Assembly (NCBI GenBank): GCA_965208105.1
Contig: OZ242318.1
Span: forward strand, 2,816,001-2,880,000
DNA: 64,000 bases
Reading direction: 5' to 3'
Source: Candidatus Latescibacterota bacterium
Lineage (GTDB): Bacteria; Latescibacterota; UBA2968; UBA8231
The stretch's first letter is position 1, and each line of letters begins with the position of its first letter. Below are positions 48,292-56,737 of the stretch, piece after piece. The translations under genes and the position numbers were made by a program. The notes beneath the pieces are model-generated. The model was not told the origin of the DNA and searched no databases. It worked only from the letters and a program-made list of their open reading frames with translations.

Positions 48292-48669
48292 CTAAAGGGT
48301 GATAACCTGATCAGGCAGGTTGCCACTCAAGGCGCCATAGAGCTGAGGGAAGCAGCCTGCGGACACCCCCTCAACGGTTCCCTTCGCCGTGACTTCACCC
48401 TTGCCACACTGTTCAAGCGTGCCTTCGGCCAAGTTGCGGCGCACGGCGCACTGGTCACACATCATCAACAGGATGCCGCGTTTTCGTGCGACCTTCGACA
48501 AACGCTCTCCTACCGGGTCACCCGAGCGCAGGACGAAGGTGTTGTCATCGAAGAAAAACATCCCGACGACCTCGGCGCCGTGATAGCCGCCTTCGAGTTG
48601 GGGCAGGATCATTGTTGCCAGCTGAAAGGTTGAAGCCATGTTGGAGCGGAAGATGTAGGCGACCTTCAT
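48292..48669 (-). CDS. DsrE-related protein (SaoD-like)
   Basis: [29 protein letters not shown]; AGGAG RBS. Confidence 0.75.
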   Translation of the reverse strand: MKVAYIFRSNMASTFQLATMILPQLEGGYHGAEVVGMFFFDDNTFVLRSGDPVGERLSKVARKRGILLMMCDQCAVRRNLAEGTLEQCGKGEVTAKGTVEGVSAGCFPQLYGALSGNLPDQVITL

Positions 48670-48786
48670 GTTCTGTTCTCCTGTTGGTTGTGCGTCTCAG
48701 CATTGCATAGGTGAAAGCTCAGGTTTGTTTGGCAGCGAGACACCACCGCAAATTGACCGTGGATCAAGCGAGGGCAGCAATTCGTG

Positions 48787-48822
48787 AAATGATAATAATA
48801 ACTCATTATCATTTTTGAGCAA
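48787..48822 (-). promoter_or_regulatory. Promoter with Fur/Zur-type operator
   Basis: AAATGATAAT-AATAACTC-ATTATCATTT; minus-strand TTGCTC-16-TATTAT. Confidence 0.85.
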
Positions 48823-48938
48823 TCAAATACCGAACTTTTTTTTACAAGTCGATGAGACCGCCGAGCCCCTTATGCCTGCCCGCGACCAACTTGCAACTCG
48901 CCTGCCTCAAGCTGACGCTAACGGCCCCTCATCCTTTT

Positions 48939-50126
48939 CTAAGCACGTGCCCTTGCTGCCTCGACCAACCGGTCGCCGGCTCGTCTCGCTCCGGCAATGT
49001 TTCGGGAAGCGGGCCCCAGTTCGAGCTCTGCGAGAGGGCCCGAGACGTGAATGCGCGGATGCCAGCGAAGCGCGGAGTCCACGATGGGGTAGCCGCAGCG
49101 CGCGCACGGCAATGAGACCGAGGCGATCAACGCATCGACCATCGATCCGCCAGGGCGAGTCGATGCGAACCCAGTCGCGAGCAGAACGCGCTCCGCTTCT
49201 AGCTCTGCCTGGTTAGCGAGCCGCAACAGGAGACCATCACGGCGCGCATCGAACTCTTCAACCTCGCCATCGTGCCAGCGGAGCAGGTCCCTTCCGATGG
49301 CCCGGCGAAGCGCTCGCCGGACGTCGGGGGGCACCGAACCTTTGTGGCGCGCTTCAGCGATCAGGGTCCGACGACGATCGAAGCTCCGTTCGCGGCGGAA
49401 GCCCGTCATGAACTTCGGACCGAGCCAGCCCGGATCGCTGTCGAATTGATGCTGACGCAGGGTGTGGCGCGAGACGAGATGGACGCTATGGCCTTCTTCC
49501 ACAAGGCGGAGCGCTACCTGGCCCGCCGAGATACCGCCGCCGATGACCGCGACGGTCTCGCTTGACGACGGCCAGCCGTCGAACCCCTGCTCGAAAACAT
49601 GGTGTACCCGAGCGTGACTCCGCGGCGCCCAATCCGGCCACTCGGGCTGTTCGCTCCCGCCGATGGCCAACACGAGGTTCTGCGCTGCGATCTCGCGCCC
49701 GCTCGAGAGCTGAACACCGATACCCTCACGGTCGACCGAGCACCTCGTGGCCCGATCCTGGATGTGGAGGTTTGCGAGCCCGAAGGTCTCCACCACCTGG
49801 TCGCAGTGCGCATTGAAGAGTGCCAGGGCGGGCCGGTCGAAGGGGGGTGCGAACAGCCCGGTCTTTCGGCGCTTGCGTTTCTTGCGTTTCCCCGCGAAGC
49901 GCAGAAGCGAGTAGGGGTCGAGGTCAAGGTGATGGACCCCCGGTGAGCGCAGGTGGGTCATCCCGGTCGTGTCGGCGCAGCTGCGCCAGCGCGCCAGCAG
50001 CTGGTTGCTTGGATCCACGATGCGGAGTCGTTCGGGGGCGACACCGGATTCTCCAAGCAGACGCGCGGCTATGTGAACGCCGTGGATCCCGCCCCCGATG
50101 ATCAGCCAATCCAGTGCCCCCGACAT
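48939..50126 (-). CDS. FAD/NAD(P)-binding oxidoreductase (N-hydroxylase-like flavoprotein)
   Basis: IIGGGIHG, HLRSP.VHH, VIGGGISAGQ, LLATG, ELELGP..RNIAGAR. Confidence 0.85.
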   Translation of the reverse strand: MSGALDWLIIGGGIHGVHIAARLLGESGVAPERLRIVDPSNQLLARWRSCADTTGMTHLRSPGVHHLDLDPYSLLRFAGKRKKRKRRKTGLFAPPFDRPALALFNAHCDQVVETFGLANLHIQDRATRCSVDREGIGVQLSSGREIAAQNLVLAIGGSEQPEWPDWAPRSHARVHHVFEQGFDGWPSSSETVAVIGGGISAGQVALRLVEEGHSVHLVSRHTLRQHQFDSDPGWLGPKFMTGFRRERSFDRRRTLIAEARHKGSVPPDVRRALRRAIGRDLLRWHDGEVEEFDARRDGLLLRLANQAELEAERVLLATGFASTRPGGSMVDALIASVSLPCARCGYPIVDSALRWHPRIHVSGPLAELELGPASRNIAGARRAGDRLVEAARARA

Positions 50127-50131
50127 CTCAG

Positions 50132-50299
50132 TCAGCTTCCGCAGCCACAAGCGCTGCGATGTTGGCCAGCAACCACGCGGACGCAGCAAACAACTGCAAC
50201 CTCGTTGAGCAGGGCGGTCTTTCCGGCTCCCAAGAATCCGGACAATACCGTGACGGGCAGGCGGGGATCGTAGGGGGGGGGTGTTTCTTCGCGCTTCAT
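50132..50299 (-). pseudogene. COG0523 GTPase 5' fragment
   Basis: [22 protein letters not shown] followed by an unrelated Cys-rich tail and a stop. Confidence 0.8.
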
Positions 50300-50401
50300 C
50301 GGGGTTTCGTCCAGATTTGCAGCAGAAAGCTCCGGTTTGCTTGGCCGCGAGACATCGCCGCGGATTGGCGGTGAATCAAGGGAGGGTAGCAATTCTTGAT
50401 T

Positions 50402-50435
50402 TGATAAAGATATTTCATTATCATTAAACAAGCAA
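50402..50435 (-). promoter_or_regulatory. Promoter with Fur/Zur-type operator
   Basis: TGATAAA-GATATT-TC-ATTATCA; minus-strand TTGCTT-17-TATCTT. Confidence 0.8.
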
Positions 50436-50568
50436 ATCGAATACCGAATATTCGATACCCCCAGCTGATCCATCTCGGTCCCCTGCTCGTCGGGGATATC
50501 CTTCAGCATGGATCAGGTAATCCGGCAACGACGCATTCCATCCAAACACTCGATGCAGGTCAACCACA

Positions 50569-51381
50569 TTGCCTCAATCTGACGCGATCATCTGGAATGT
50601 CGACCCAGTCCTTTTCCAGATCGGTCCGCTCACGATCAGATACTACGGTATCCTCTTTGCGCTCTCGTTCTTCATCGGATACAACATCATCCGTTCCGTC
50701 TTCAAGCGAGAGGGGAAGCCTGAATCCGATCTCGCAACGCTCCTGACGTACATGATGGTCGGCACAATCGCGGGTGCGCGCCTGGGGCATTGCCTCTTCT
50801 ACGACCCGGGATACTACCTCGGCAATCCGCACAAGATGCTGATGCTGTGGGAAGGCGGGCTCGCCAGCCACGGCGGCGCGATAGGCATTTTGACAGCCCT
50901 GTTCATCTACGCCCGGCGCCACCCCGATCAACCGTATCTGTGGCTGCTCGATCGGATGGTCATTGTCGTCGCCCTCGCCGGACTGCTTATCCGACTCGGG
51001 AACTTCTTCAACTCGGAGATCCTCGGAACCCCCACCGATGTCCTCTGGGCCGTCATCTTCGACCGAATCGACGATACACCGAGACATCCCGCACAGCTCT
51101 ACGAGTCGATCGCCTACGGAACGATCTTCGTGGGGTTGTATCGACTCTACATCCAGCTCGAAGCCCGATCGCCGGGCGGTTTTTTGTTCGGCCTCTTCCT
51201 CGTCTCCGCCTTCGGGTTTCGGTTTCTGATCGAATTCGTCAAAGAACGACAGGCGGCGTATGTCGCCGACCTTGCCCTCGGGGTCGGCCAGATCCTCAGC
51301 ATACCCCTGCTCATCCTCGGGATCGTATTCCTGGCAAGGGCGCTGCGCAACGGTTTCTCCGAGACCGATTTGGCCGAATAG
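50569..51381 (+). CDS. lgt: Prolipoprotein diacylglyceryl transferase
   Basis: IRYYG, GARLGH, GGLASHGG, IRLGNFFNSEI.G, RHPAQLYE, RFLIEF, GQILS. Confidence 0.96.
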   Translation: MPQSDAIIWNVDPVLFQIGPLTIRYYGILFALSFFIGYNIIRSVFKREGKPESDLATLLTYMMVGTIAGARLGHCLFYDPGYYLGNPHKMLMLWEGGLASHGGAIGILTALFIYARRHPDQPYLWLLDRMVIVVALAGLLIRLGNFFNSEILGTPTDVLWAVIFDRIDDTPRHPAQLYESIAYGTIFVGLYRLYIQLEARSPGGFLFGLFLVSAFGFRFLIEFVKERQAAYVADLALGVGQILSIPLLILGIVFLARALRNGFSETDLAE

Positions 51382-51506
51382 GCGGCCTCAGCCGGAGAGG
51401 CCCTGCGGGCCTGCGTTACCCATCGGGGTTGGTTCAAGCGAGAATTTCGAGCGCTACCTTGCCCGTGGAGACACGAATCCTTGCATTGGGCATGCTGGCA
51501 AAACCC

Positions 51507-52604
51507 CTATTTCTCTGTAAGCTGCCGAAACAATTCAAAAGCCGCATCCGACGCGCTATCCTGATGAGTGTCATTTTCCGTTTGGCACGCATCAAAGCGC
51601 GATTGCAACTCGCAGTCGTCTATTCCACCTTCCTCACCGATAAAAACCAACTGTGTCCCCGGTTTCTCGTCGCCCCACGGCTCACCAGTGATCAGACGCG
51701 CCCGTTGGCCGGCAACATGGACGATTCCCTTCTGACCGGGAATGTCGGAAAGGTAAACAAACCCTTTGGCGCGGTAGATAGTCGCAGGTAGAGTTTTCAC
51801 CGCATCAAGCACGGCCCCACGTGACAGAGGTTTGTCCGTCGTATAGCACCACGTGTTGAAAACAAGCGTATGGTCGGTATGGGGTCCGTGATGATTCTCG
51901 TGAGGGTGGTCGTGTTCATGCGCCTCGCCCTCCGCATGAACGTGAACGTCCAGGCCTGACTTCCCCGAAAAGCGGTGGAGGTCGTATGCCCCGACACCGA
52001 GTACCAGATCGAGCGGAACCTTGCCATATGCAGCTTCGAGGATACGCGCTCTCGGAACGAGATCTGTGACAAAGTCCGCCAATTCCTCCCGCTTTTCATC
52101 ATTGACCAGGTCAAGCTTGTTCAACACCACAATGTCTGCCATGGCGATTTGGTCTACCGCGAGTCTACGATGCTTCTCGTTCACCTTGTAAATCTGCTCC
52201 GCGTCAACCACGGTCAGCACACTGTCCACTCGCGTCCTAGACTGCAATTCGACAGCCATGAAGGTCAATGAAACCGCCGTCGGGTCAGATACGCCGCTCG
52301 TTTCAACGACGATATACTCCGGCGGGTTCGGGTCCTGAATCAACTGAACCGTTGCTTCGAGCAGGTCATCGCGGATCGAGCAACAGATACACCCGTTGGA
52401 AAGGTTGATGGTGGACTCCCCGGAGACCCCGGAGACCAACTCGGCGTCAATGTTGATCTCTCCAAAGTCGTTGACCAGCACTGCCACCCGCAATCCGTGG
52501 TCGGCGTTGAGAATGTGGTTGAGCAGGGAGGTTTTGCCCGCGCCTAAAAAGCCGCTGATAATTGTTACTGGAACAGGTTCTTTCAAGTTTTGATCTTCAG
52601 CCAT
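51507..52604 (-). CDS. COG0523/CobW GTPase with His-rich linker
   Basis: [48 protein letters not shown]. Confidence 0.95.
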   Translation of the reverse strand: MAEDQNLKEPVPVTIISGFLGAGKTSLLNHILNADHGLRVAVLVNDFGEINIDAELVSGVSGESTINLSNGCICCSIRDDLLEATVQLIQDPNPPEYIVVETSGVSDPTAVSLTFMAVELQSRTRVDSVLTVVDAEQIYKVNEKHRRLAVDQIAMADIVVLNKLDLVNDEKREELADFVTDLVPRARILEAAYGKVPLDLVLGVGAYDLHRFSGKSGLDVHVHAEGEAHEHDHPHENHHGPHTDHTLVFNTWCYTTDKPLSRGAVLDAVKTLPATIYRAKGFVYLSDIPGQKGIVHVAGQRARLITGEPWGDEKPGTQLVFIGEEGGIDDCELQSRFDACQTENDTHQDSASDAAFELFRQLTEK

Positions 52605-52634
52605 TGATTCGCTCCCAGGGTACCGCTCACCGAG

Positions 52635-53186
52635 CTACCGCCGCCTGTAGGGCTCGATCGACTCGACGTCCATCGAGTAGCCAAAACTCACATTGGTGAT
52701 GGAGTCGTAACCGTCCTCGCCAAGCTTGCTGGTAGCGTGACCAGTCTTCAGGCGGCCGGAGATCCAGACCGGGCGCCACATCTCCAGCAGGTCATGGGCT
52801 TGCTCGAGGCTGCCGCGGATGATCTGGTTGGCCGGCGGTGGCGGGGTGTGGAGACAGGCGCCAAGATAGGGCACCAACAGGAATTCGCGGATCCGTGTCC
52901 CTTTGTATTCCAGGGGCAATACGAAACCCGGAATCCTGACCGTTTGTCCATCGAGCTCCTTCACCACCGGCGCTTTGGCGACCATTTCTTGGGCCTTCTC
53001 CTGCAACGCGAAATACTCTTCGTCGCTGAGTGCGGCGTACTCCTCGTCGCTGAGTTCATCGAACACGGCGTAGGGGTTCCAGCCCTCGGGAACGAGCTGG
53101 TCCCACAGGATCTCGCGCGGTGAGTCCGAGGCGGCTGCGCTCGTGACGAGCAGCAACAAGAGCAATCTTTGGCGAAACATGGCCAT
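52635..53186 (-). CDS. DUF3299 exported protein (zrg-associated)
   Basis: W..LVP, VRIPGFVLPLE, EFLLVPYLGACLHTPPPPANQI; AGGAGG RBS. Confidence 0.88.
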   Translation of the reverse strand: MAMFRQRLLLLLLVTSAAASDSPREILWDQLVPEGWNPYAVFDELSDEEYAALSDEEYFALQEKAQEMVAKAPVVKELDGQTVRIPGFVLPLEYKGTRIREFLLVPYLGACLHTPPPPANQIIRGSLEQAHDLLEMWRPVWISGRLKTGHATSKLGEDGYDSITNVSFGYSMDVESIEPYRRR

Positions 53187-53221
53187 GGTCCTCCTGATCT
53201 TCGACTGAGAGTCTCTCGCGC

Positions 53222-54463
53222 TCACAGTCGCGTCGACAGTCCGTCGGCGAGCGAGTTCCGGTAACAGCGCCAAGCCGGCACCAGGCCAACGATCAGGCCG
53301 GCAGTCATCAGACCGCCGAGCAGCCGCCATTCGCCCGCCGTGGGCAAGGCGATCGGCAGAAGCAGGCCGAAACGCTCGACGATCCAGGGCTGCAAGGCCC
53401 GCAGCGTCAGGTTCTGCATCGCTACTCCCATTGCGATACCGAGCAGTGTCAGCAGCGCTGACTCTGCAATGAGCAACTCCATGACGTGGCGATAGCCGGC
53501 GCCGACCGAGCGCAGCACTGCCATTTCACGCCGGCGTTCGTTGAGTCCCGCCAGTGAGACCGCCAGCAGACCCGCCAGCGCCGCGGCAGCGACAAGGATC
53601 GAGACGGCCCGCAGCGCCTGTTCGCCAACGCGCATCAGGTCCCAGAGTTCCTGCAGCGCCACGCCCGGAAAGATGGCGAGCAAGGGTTCGGCGCCATACT
53701 GATTGATGTCGCGCTGCAGCTTGAAGGCGGCGAGTCGGTTGTCGAGGCCGAGCAGGAAGGCGGTGATCTGGCGCGGGGTCAGGTCCTGACCCCGCGCGCT
53801 CCGGAGATCGGCCTCGACGCGGTTCCAGTTCATATGCATGGCCTCGATCCCCGCGAGGCCGACGTGAACGGTGCGATCGACGGGCGTGCCCGTCGGAGCC
53901 AGGATGCCGGTGACCTTGAACGGGTGGTTGTCGTGGTCGCCGAAGCCCTCTGTCCCGATGCCGTGGGTAACGACCAGTTCGTCGCCCAGCCGGTAGCCGA
54001 GCTTGCGCGCCACTTCCGCGCCGAGGACGGCATCCAGCGTCTCGGCGAAGGGTCTGCCCTCCGAAAAGCCGAGACGACGCTTGTCGGCGTAGCGGAAGTG
54101 CTCGAAGTAGCCGGTAGACGTACCCATGACGCGGTAACCGCGGTGCGAATCGCCGAGCGAGATCGGGATGGCCCAGCGGACGCCTGGCCAGGTCGAGATG
54201 TCCGAATAGCTGGACCAGGCGACATTGCTGGTGGCGTTGCCGATGCGAAACACCGAATAGAGCAACAGCTGCACCGAACCGCTGCGCGCGCCGACGATCA
54301 GGTCGGTACCGGACACGGTGTTGGCGAAGCTCAGGCGCGCGTGCGAACGGACCTTTTCAACACCAAGCAGCAGCGCCACACTGACCGCGATCGTCAGGAC
54401 GGTCAGCGACGCGGTATCGCGCCGGTTCAGCAGACTCTTCCAGGCCAGGCGCAGCACGTTCAC
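53222..54463 (-). CDS. ABC transporter permease, MacB/FtsX-like (ZrgC-like)
   Basis: LAWKSLLNRR, GTDLIVGARSG..QLLLYSVFRIG, ISLGDSHRGYRV, ERRREMAVLR. Confidence 0.9.
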   Translation of the reverse strand: MNVLRLAWKSLLNRRDTASLTVLTIAVSVALLLGVEKVRSHARLSFANTVSGTDLIVGARSGSVQLLLYSVFRIGNATSNVAWSSYSDISTWPGVRWAIPISLGDSHRGYRVMGTSTGYFEHFRYADKRRLGFSEGRPFAETLDAVLGAEVARKLGYRLGDELVVTHGIGTEGFGDHDNHPFKVTGILAPTGTPVDRTVHVGLAGIEAMHMNWNRVEADLRSARGQDLTPRQITAFLLGLDNRLAAFKLQRDINQYGAEPLLAIFPGVALQELWDLMRVGEQALRAVSILVAAAALAGLLAVSLAGLNERRREMAVLRSVGAGYRHVMELLIAESALLTLLGIAMGVAMQNLTLRALQPWIVERFGLLLPIALPTAGEWRLLGGLMTAGLIVGLVPAWRCYRNSLADGLSTRL

Positions 54464-55161
54464 GGGCGGGCCTCCGCTCGGAAGTCGTCCATGTCGACTG
54501 TACGGTCGAAGCGCGCCGCGAGGGTTGGATCGTGACTGGCGAAGACCAGCGTCGCTCGCGACGCCTGAACCTGCTCAAACAGCAGCTCTATGAAGCGTGC
54601 CCGTGCATCGAAGTCGAGTGCCGAGGTCGGTTCGTCCGCGATCACGATCTCGGGATCGCCAATCAGGGCTCGCGCCGCGGCCACGCGCTGCTGCTGGCCG
54701 ACGGAGAGCCTGGATACGGGTGCCGTCGGGTCCAGCTCCTCCTCGACGAACAGGCGCTGCAGCAGCAACCGCGCGGCAGCGGTCACGCCACCGTGCGCCT
54801 CGGCCGCGCGCGCGGCTCGGCGCCGGGAGAAGTGGCAGGGCAGGACGGCGTTCTCGGCAAGGTTGAGGTAGGGGACCAGGTTGAATTGCTGAAAGATGAA
54901 CCCGATGTGGTCGGCGCGAAGCCGGTCGCGTGCGGCCGCGGCCAGCGAGACCGTATCCTGCCCCATCAGCGACAGGCGGCCCGAATCCGGCGTCAGTACT
55001 CCCGCCAACAGGTTCAGCAGCGTCGACTTGCCGCTGCCTGAAGGGCCGCGGATATACAATTGTTCGCCGCGTCGCAGGAGGAAGCTGTCGCAACTGAGCA
55101 GAGGCGCAGCACCGGGCCAACCGAAGCGCAGGTCCTCGATCTCGATGAGCTCTTCGTTCAC
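54460..55161 (-). CDS. ABC transporter ATPase (ZrgB-like)
   Basis: GPSGSGKST, IFQQFNL, LSVGQQQRVA, ADEPTSALD. Confidence 0.92.
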   Translation of the reverse strand: MNEELIEIEDLRFGWPGAAPLLSCDSFLLRRGEQLYIRGPSGSGKSTLLNLLAGVLTPDSGRLSLMGQDTVSLAAAARDRLRADHIGFIFQQFNLVPYLNLAENAVLPCHFSRRRAARAAEAHGGVTAAARLLLQRLFVEEELDPTAPVSRLSVGQQQRVAAARALIGDPEIVIADEPTSALDFDARARFIELLFEQVQASRATLVFASHDPTLAARFDRTVDMDDFRAEARP

Positions 55162-55182
55162 GTCGGGCGTCGGCTCGCGTAG

Positions 55183-55773
55183 CTATTTCAACCTGATCAC
55201 CGGGTCATCTGCCTTGGCAGCGCCTCCGAACTGGCCGTCCGGCGTCAGTGCCTGCACGCGGATCTCCTTGATGCGCGGCCAGTAGTCGAAGAGACGAACC
55301 TCGATCATCCCGATGGCTGATCCATTGCACTCGTAGTGATAGTGTGCATGGAACTCGGAGTGCGTGCCGTCCTCTTCCTCTTCAGCGTGTCCGTGCTCGT
55401 CGTGGTCGGCGTGTTCAGCGTCGTGTCCATGACCATCTTCGCGCTCTTCTTCTTCTCCGTGGCCGTGCTCCACTTCCGCGACATGCAAACTGCAGCTGGC
55501 CGCAAGTGGCAGGTCGAACAGCTCGTTGCCCTTCCTCAGCTGTTCGATCGCATCTCGGATCGCTCGACGCTCGGCTGCAGTGACGGCTTCGTGCTCGAAG
55601 CCGACGATATTACCGGACGGTGACACGAACTCGATCTCAAGTTTGTTCCCTTCCATTGCCAGATTCAGGGTTGCGATCCCGTGAACGTGTGCGGGTTGTT
55701 GAGTTGCCGTCACGCTGGTCAGCATCAACAGGGAGGCCACAACTGGCAGAGATCTACGGCTCATACGGCTCAT
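55183..55773 (-). CDS. zrgA: DUF2796 His-rich periplasmic zinc-binding protein (ZrgA-like)
   Basis: Signal peptide; AHVHG, VGFEH, His/Glu-rich loop, HSEFHAHY.Y.C. Confidence 0.88.
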   Translation of the reverse strand: MSRMSRRSLPVVASLLMLTSVTATQQPAHVHGIATLNLAMEGNKLEIEFVSPSGNIVGFEHEAVTAAERRAIRDAIEQLRKGNELFDLPLAASCSLHVAEVEHGHGEEEEREDGHGHDAEHADHDEHGHAEEEEDGTHSEFHAHYHYECNGSAIGMIEVRLFDYWPRIKEIRVQALTPDGQFGGAAKADDPVIRLK

Positions 55774-56192
55774 CCCCCGAGCGGGCCGCAGTCACGTCGG
55801 CTTGCGCGGCACAGGCGGTAGTTGCGGAGGTGGGCGGAGATCAGGACGACGGCCGCCGCCAGCGTCGCTGCGCGCTCACCGGACTCGCCCATGACATCAT
55901 GCAACACCGTGGCGGCCAACAGAATCCCAAGCATGCCGATGGCACCCAGGGCCAGCACCCAGGCATCGCGGTGCTCACGGCAACCCAGGCTGAACGCCAC
56001 GATTCCGGCCGGGAGAACCAGGCACAGCAGGCCGAGATGGAAGATCTCCTCGCCCATCAGCGTGAGAGGCAAGGTGGTGCCCAGCACCAGGCTCAGGGGG
56101 AGGATGGCGCAGTGCAGGGCGCACAGTGACGATCCGACGGCGCCCACAACGTCGGCGCCGAGCTGTAGGGCTGGCGACTTGGATTTCAGCAT
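55770..56192 (-). CDS. MerC-domain membrane protein
   Basis: D..G..SSLCALHCAILP, E.FH, G.REH, terminal AHLRNYRLCR. Confidence 0.85.
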   Translation of the reverse strand: MLKSKSPALQLGADVVGAVGSSLCALHCAILPLSLVLGTTLPLTLMGEEIFHLGLLCLVLPAGIVAFSLGCREHRDAWVLALGAIGMLGILLAATVLHDVMGESGERAATLAAAVVLISAHLRNYRLCRASRRDCGPLGG

Positions 56193-56376
56193 TTATCCTC
56201 GCTGGTATTTGGCGTCTCGGCCCCTGACCGATTCTCTGTAGTCAGGAAGCCCGCTGGCTGCATATTTGGCGTGTGGACGACAGGGGAGTTGCCTGCAGCC
56301 CGCGCGTCCGGCCCTGCCGGTTCTCCGCGTTCCGGCCGAGGCCCAGGGACGAAACTGCCGAGCTGAGAACAAGCCT

Positions 56377-56407
56377 TAATGATAACTAAAAATCGATTGC
56401 CATGCAA
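56377..56407 (-). promoter_or_regulatory. Promoter with degenerate Fur/Zur-type operator
   Basis: Minus-strand TTGCAT-17-TATCAT overlapping TAATGATAAC...ATTGCCAT. Confidence 0.7.
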
Positions 56408-56447
56408 TTCATGCAGAGAGCGAAGCAGCAGATGACCGTCTTGCGAG

Positions 56448-56488
56448 CCCCTGGCGAGGCGGACGGCCCCTGTCCGCCTCGCCAGGGG
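56448..56488. terminator. 17-bp perfect GC-rich hairpin
   Basis: CCCCTGGCGAGGCGGAC-N7-GTCCGCCTCGCCAGGGG between the parC 3' end and the island promoter. Confidence 0.55.
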
Positions 56489-56502
56489 ACTGGGGAGCGC
56501 CT

Positions 56503-56574
56503 GAGCGGAACCGCGTTCGCTACGGCCGGCCAGGACAGCCGAGTCTTGATCTGGAGTGCCGCCGAAGGTCACCT
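56503..56574 (+). repeat. 72-bp exact direct repeat of 28045-28116 (internal to the WD40 gene)
   Basis: GAGCGGAACCGCGTTCGCTACG...GCCGAAGGTCACCT is identical at both sites. Confidence 0.95.
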
Positions 56575-56697
56575 GAGCACGACTTCAGCCGCGAGGCGAG
56601 CGCTCTGATTGATGGCCACGACCATGCGCATGGCCGCGGGGATGAACACCATCACGAGCACCGCCACGAGCACGACCACACGCTGGTCTTTGTCTGA
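56575..56697 (+). pseudogene. His-rich linker fragment of a CobW-type gene
   Basis: EHDFSREASALIDGHDHAHGRGDEHHHEHRHEHDHTLVFV*; DHTLVF is shared with the protein at 51507-52604. Confidence 0.65.
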
Positions 56698-56737
56698 TGC
56701 CGTGATTCGCGCCGTCCGCGCCTTGCCGGAAGGACAA

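Noticed and set aside
50300-50509. Upstream part of the 125-aa ORF 50132-50509
   Set aside because: It runs through the promoter/operator; only the part from MKREE onward resembles a COG0523 start.
55770-56192. Mercury resistance locus
   Set aside because: No merA, merR or merP is present; the MerC-domain gene leads a zinc-uptake operon.
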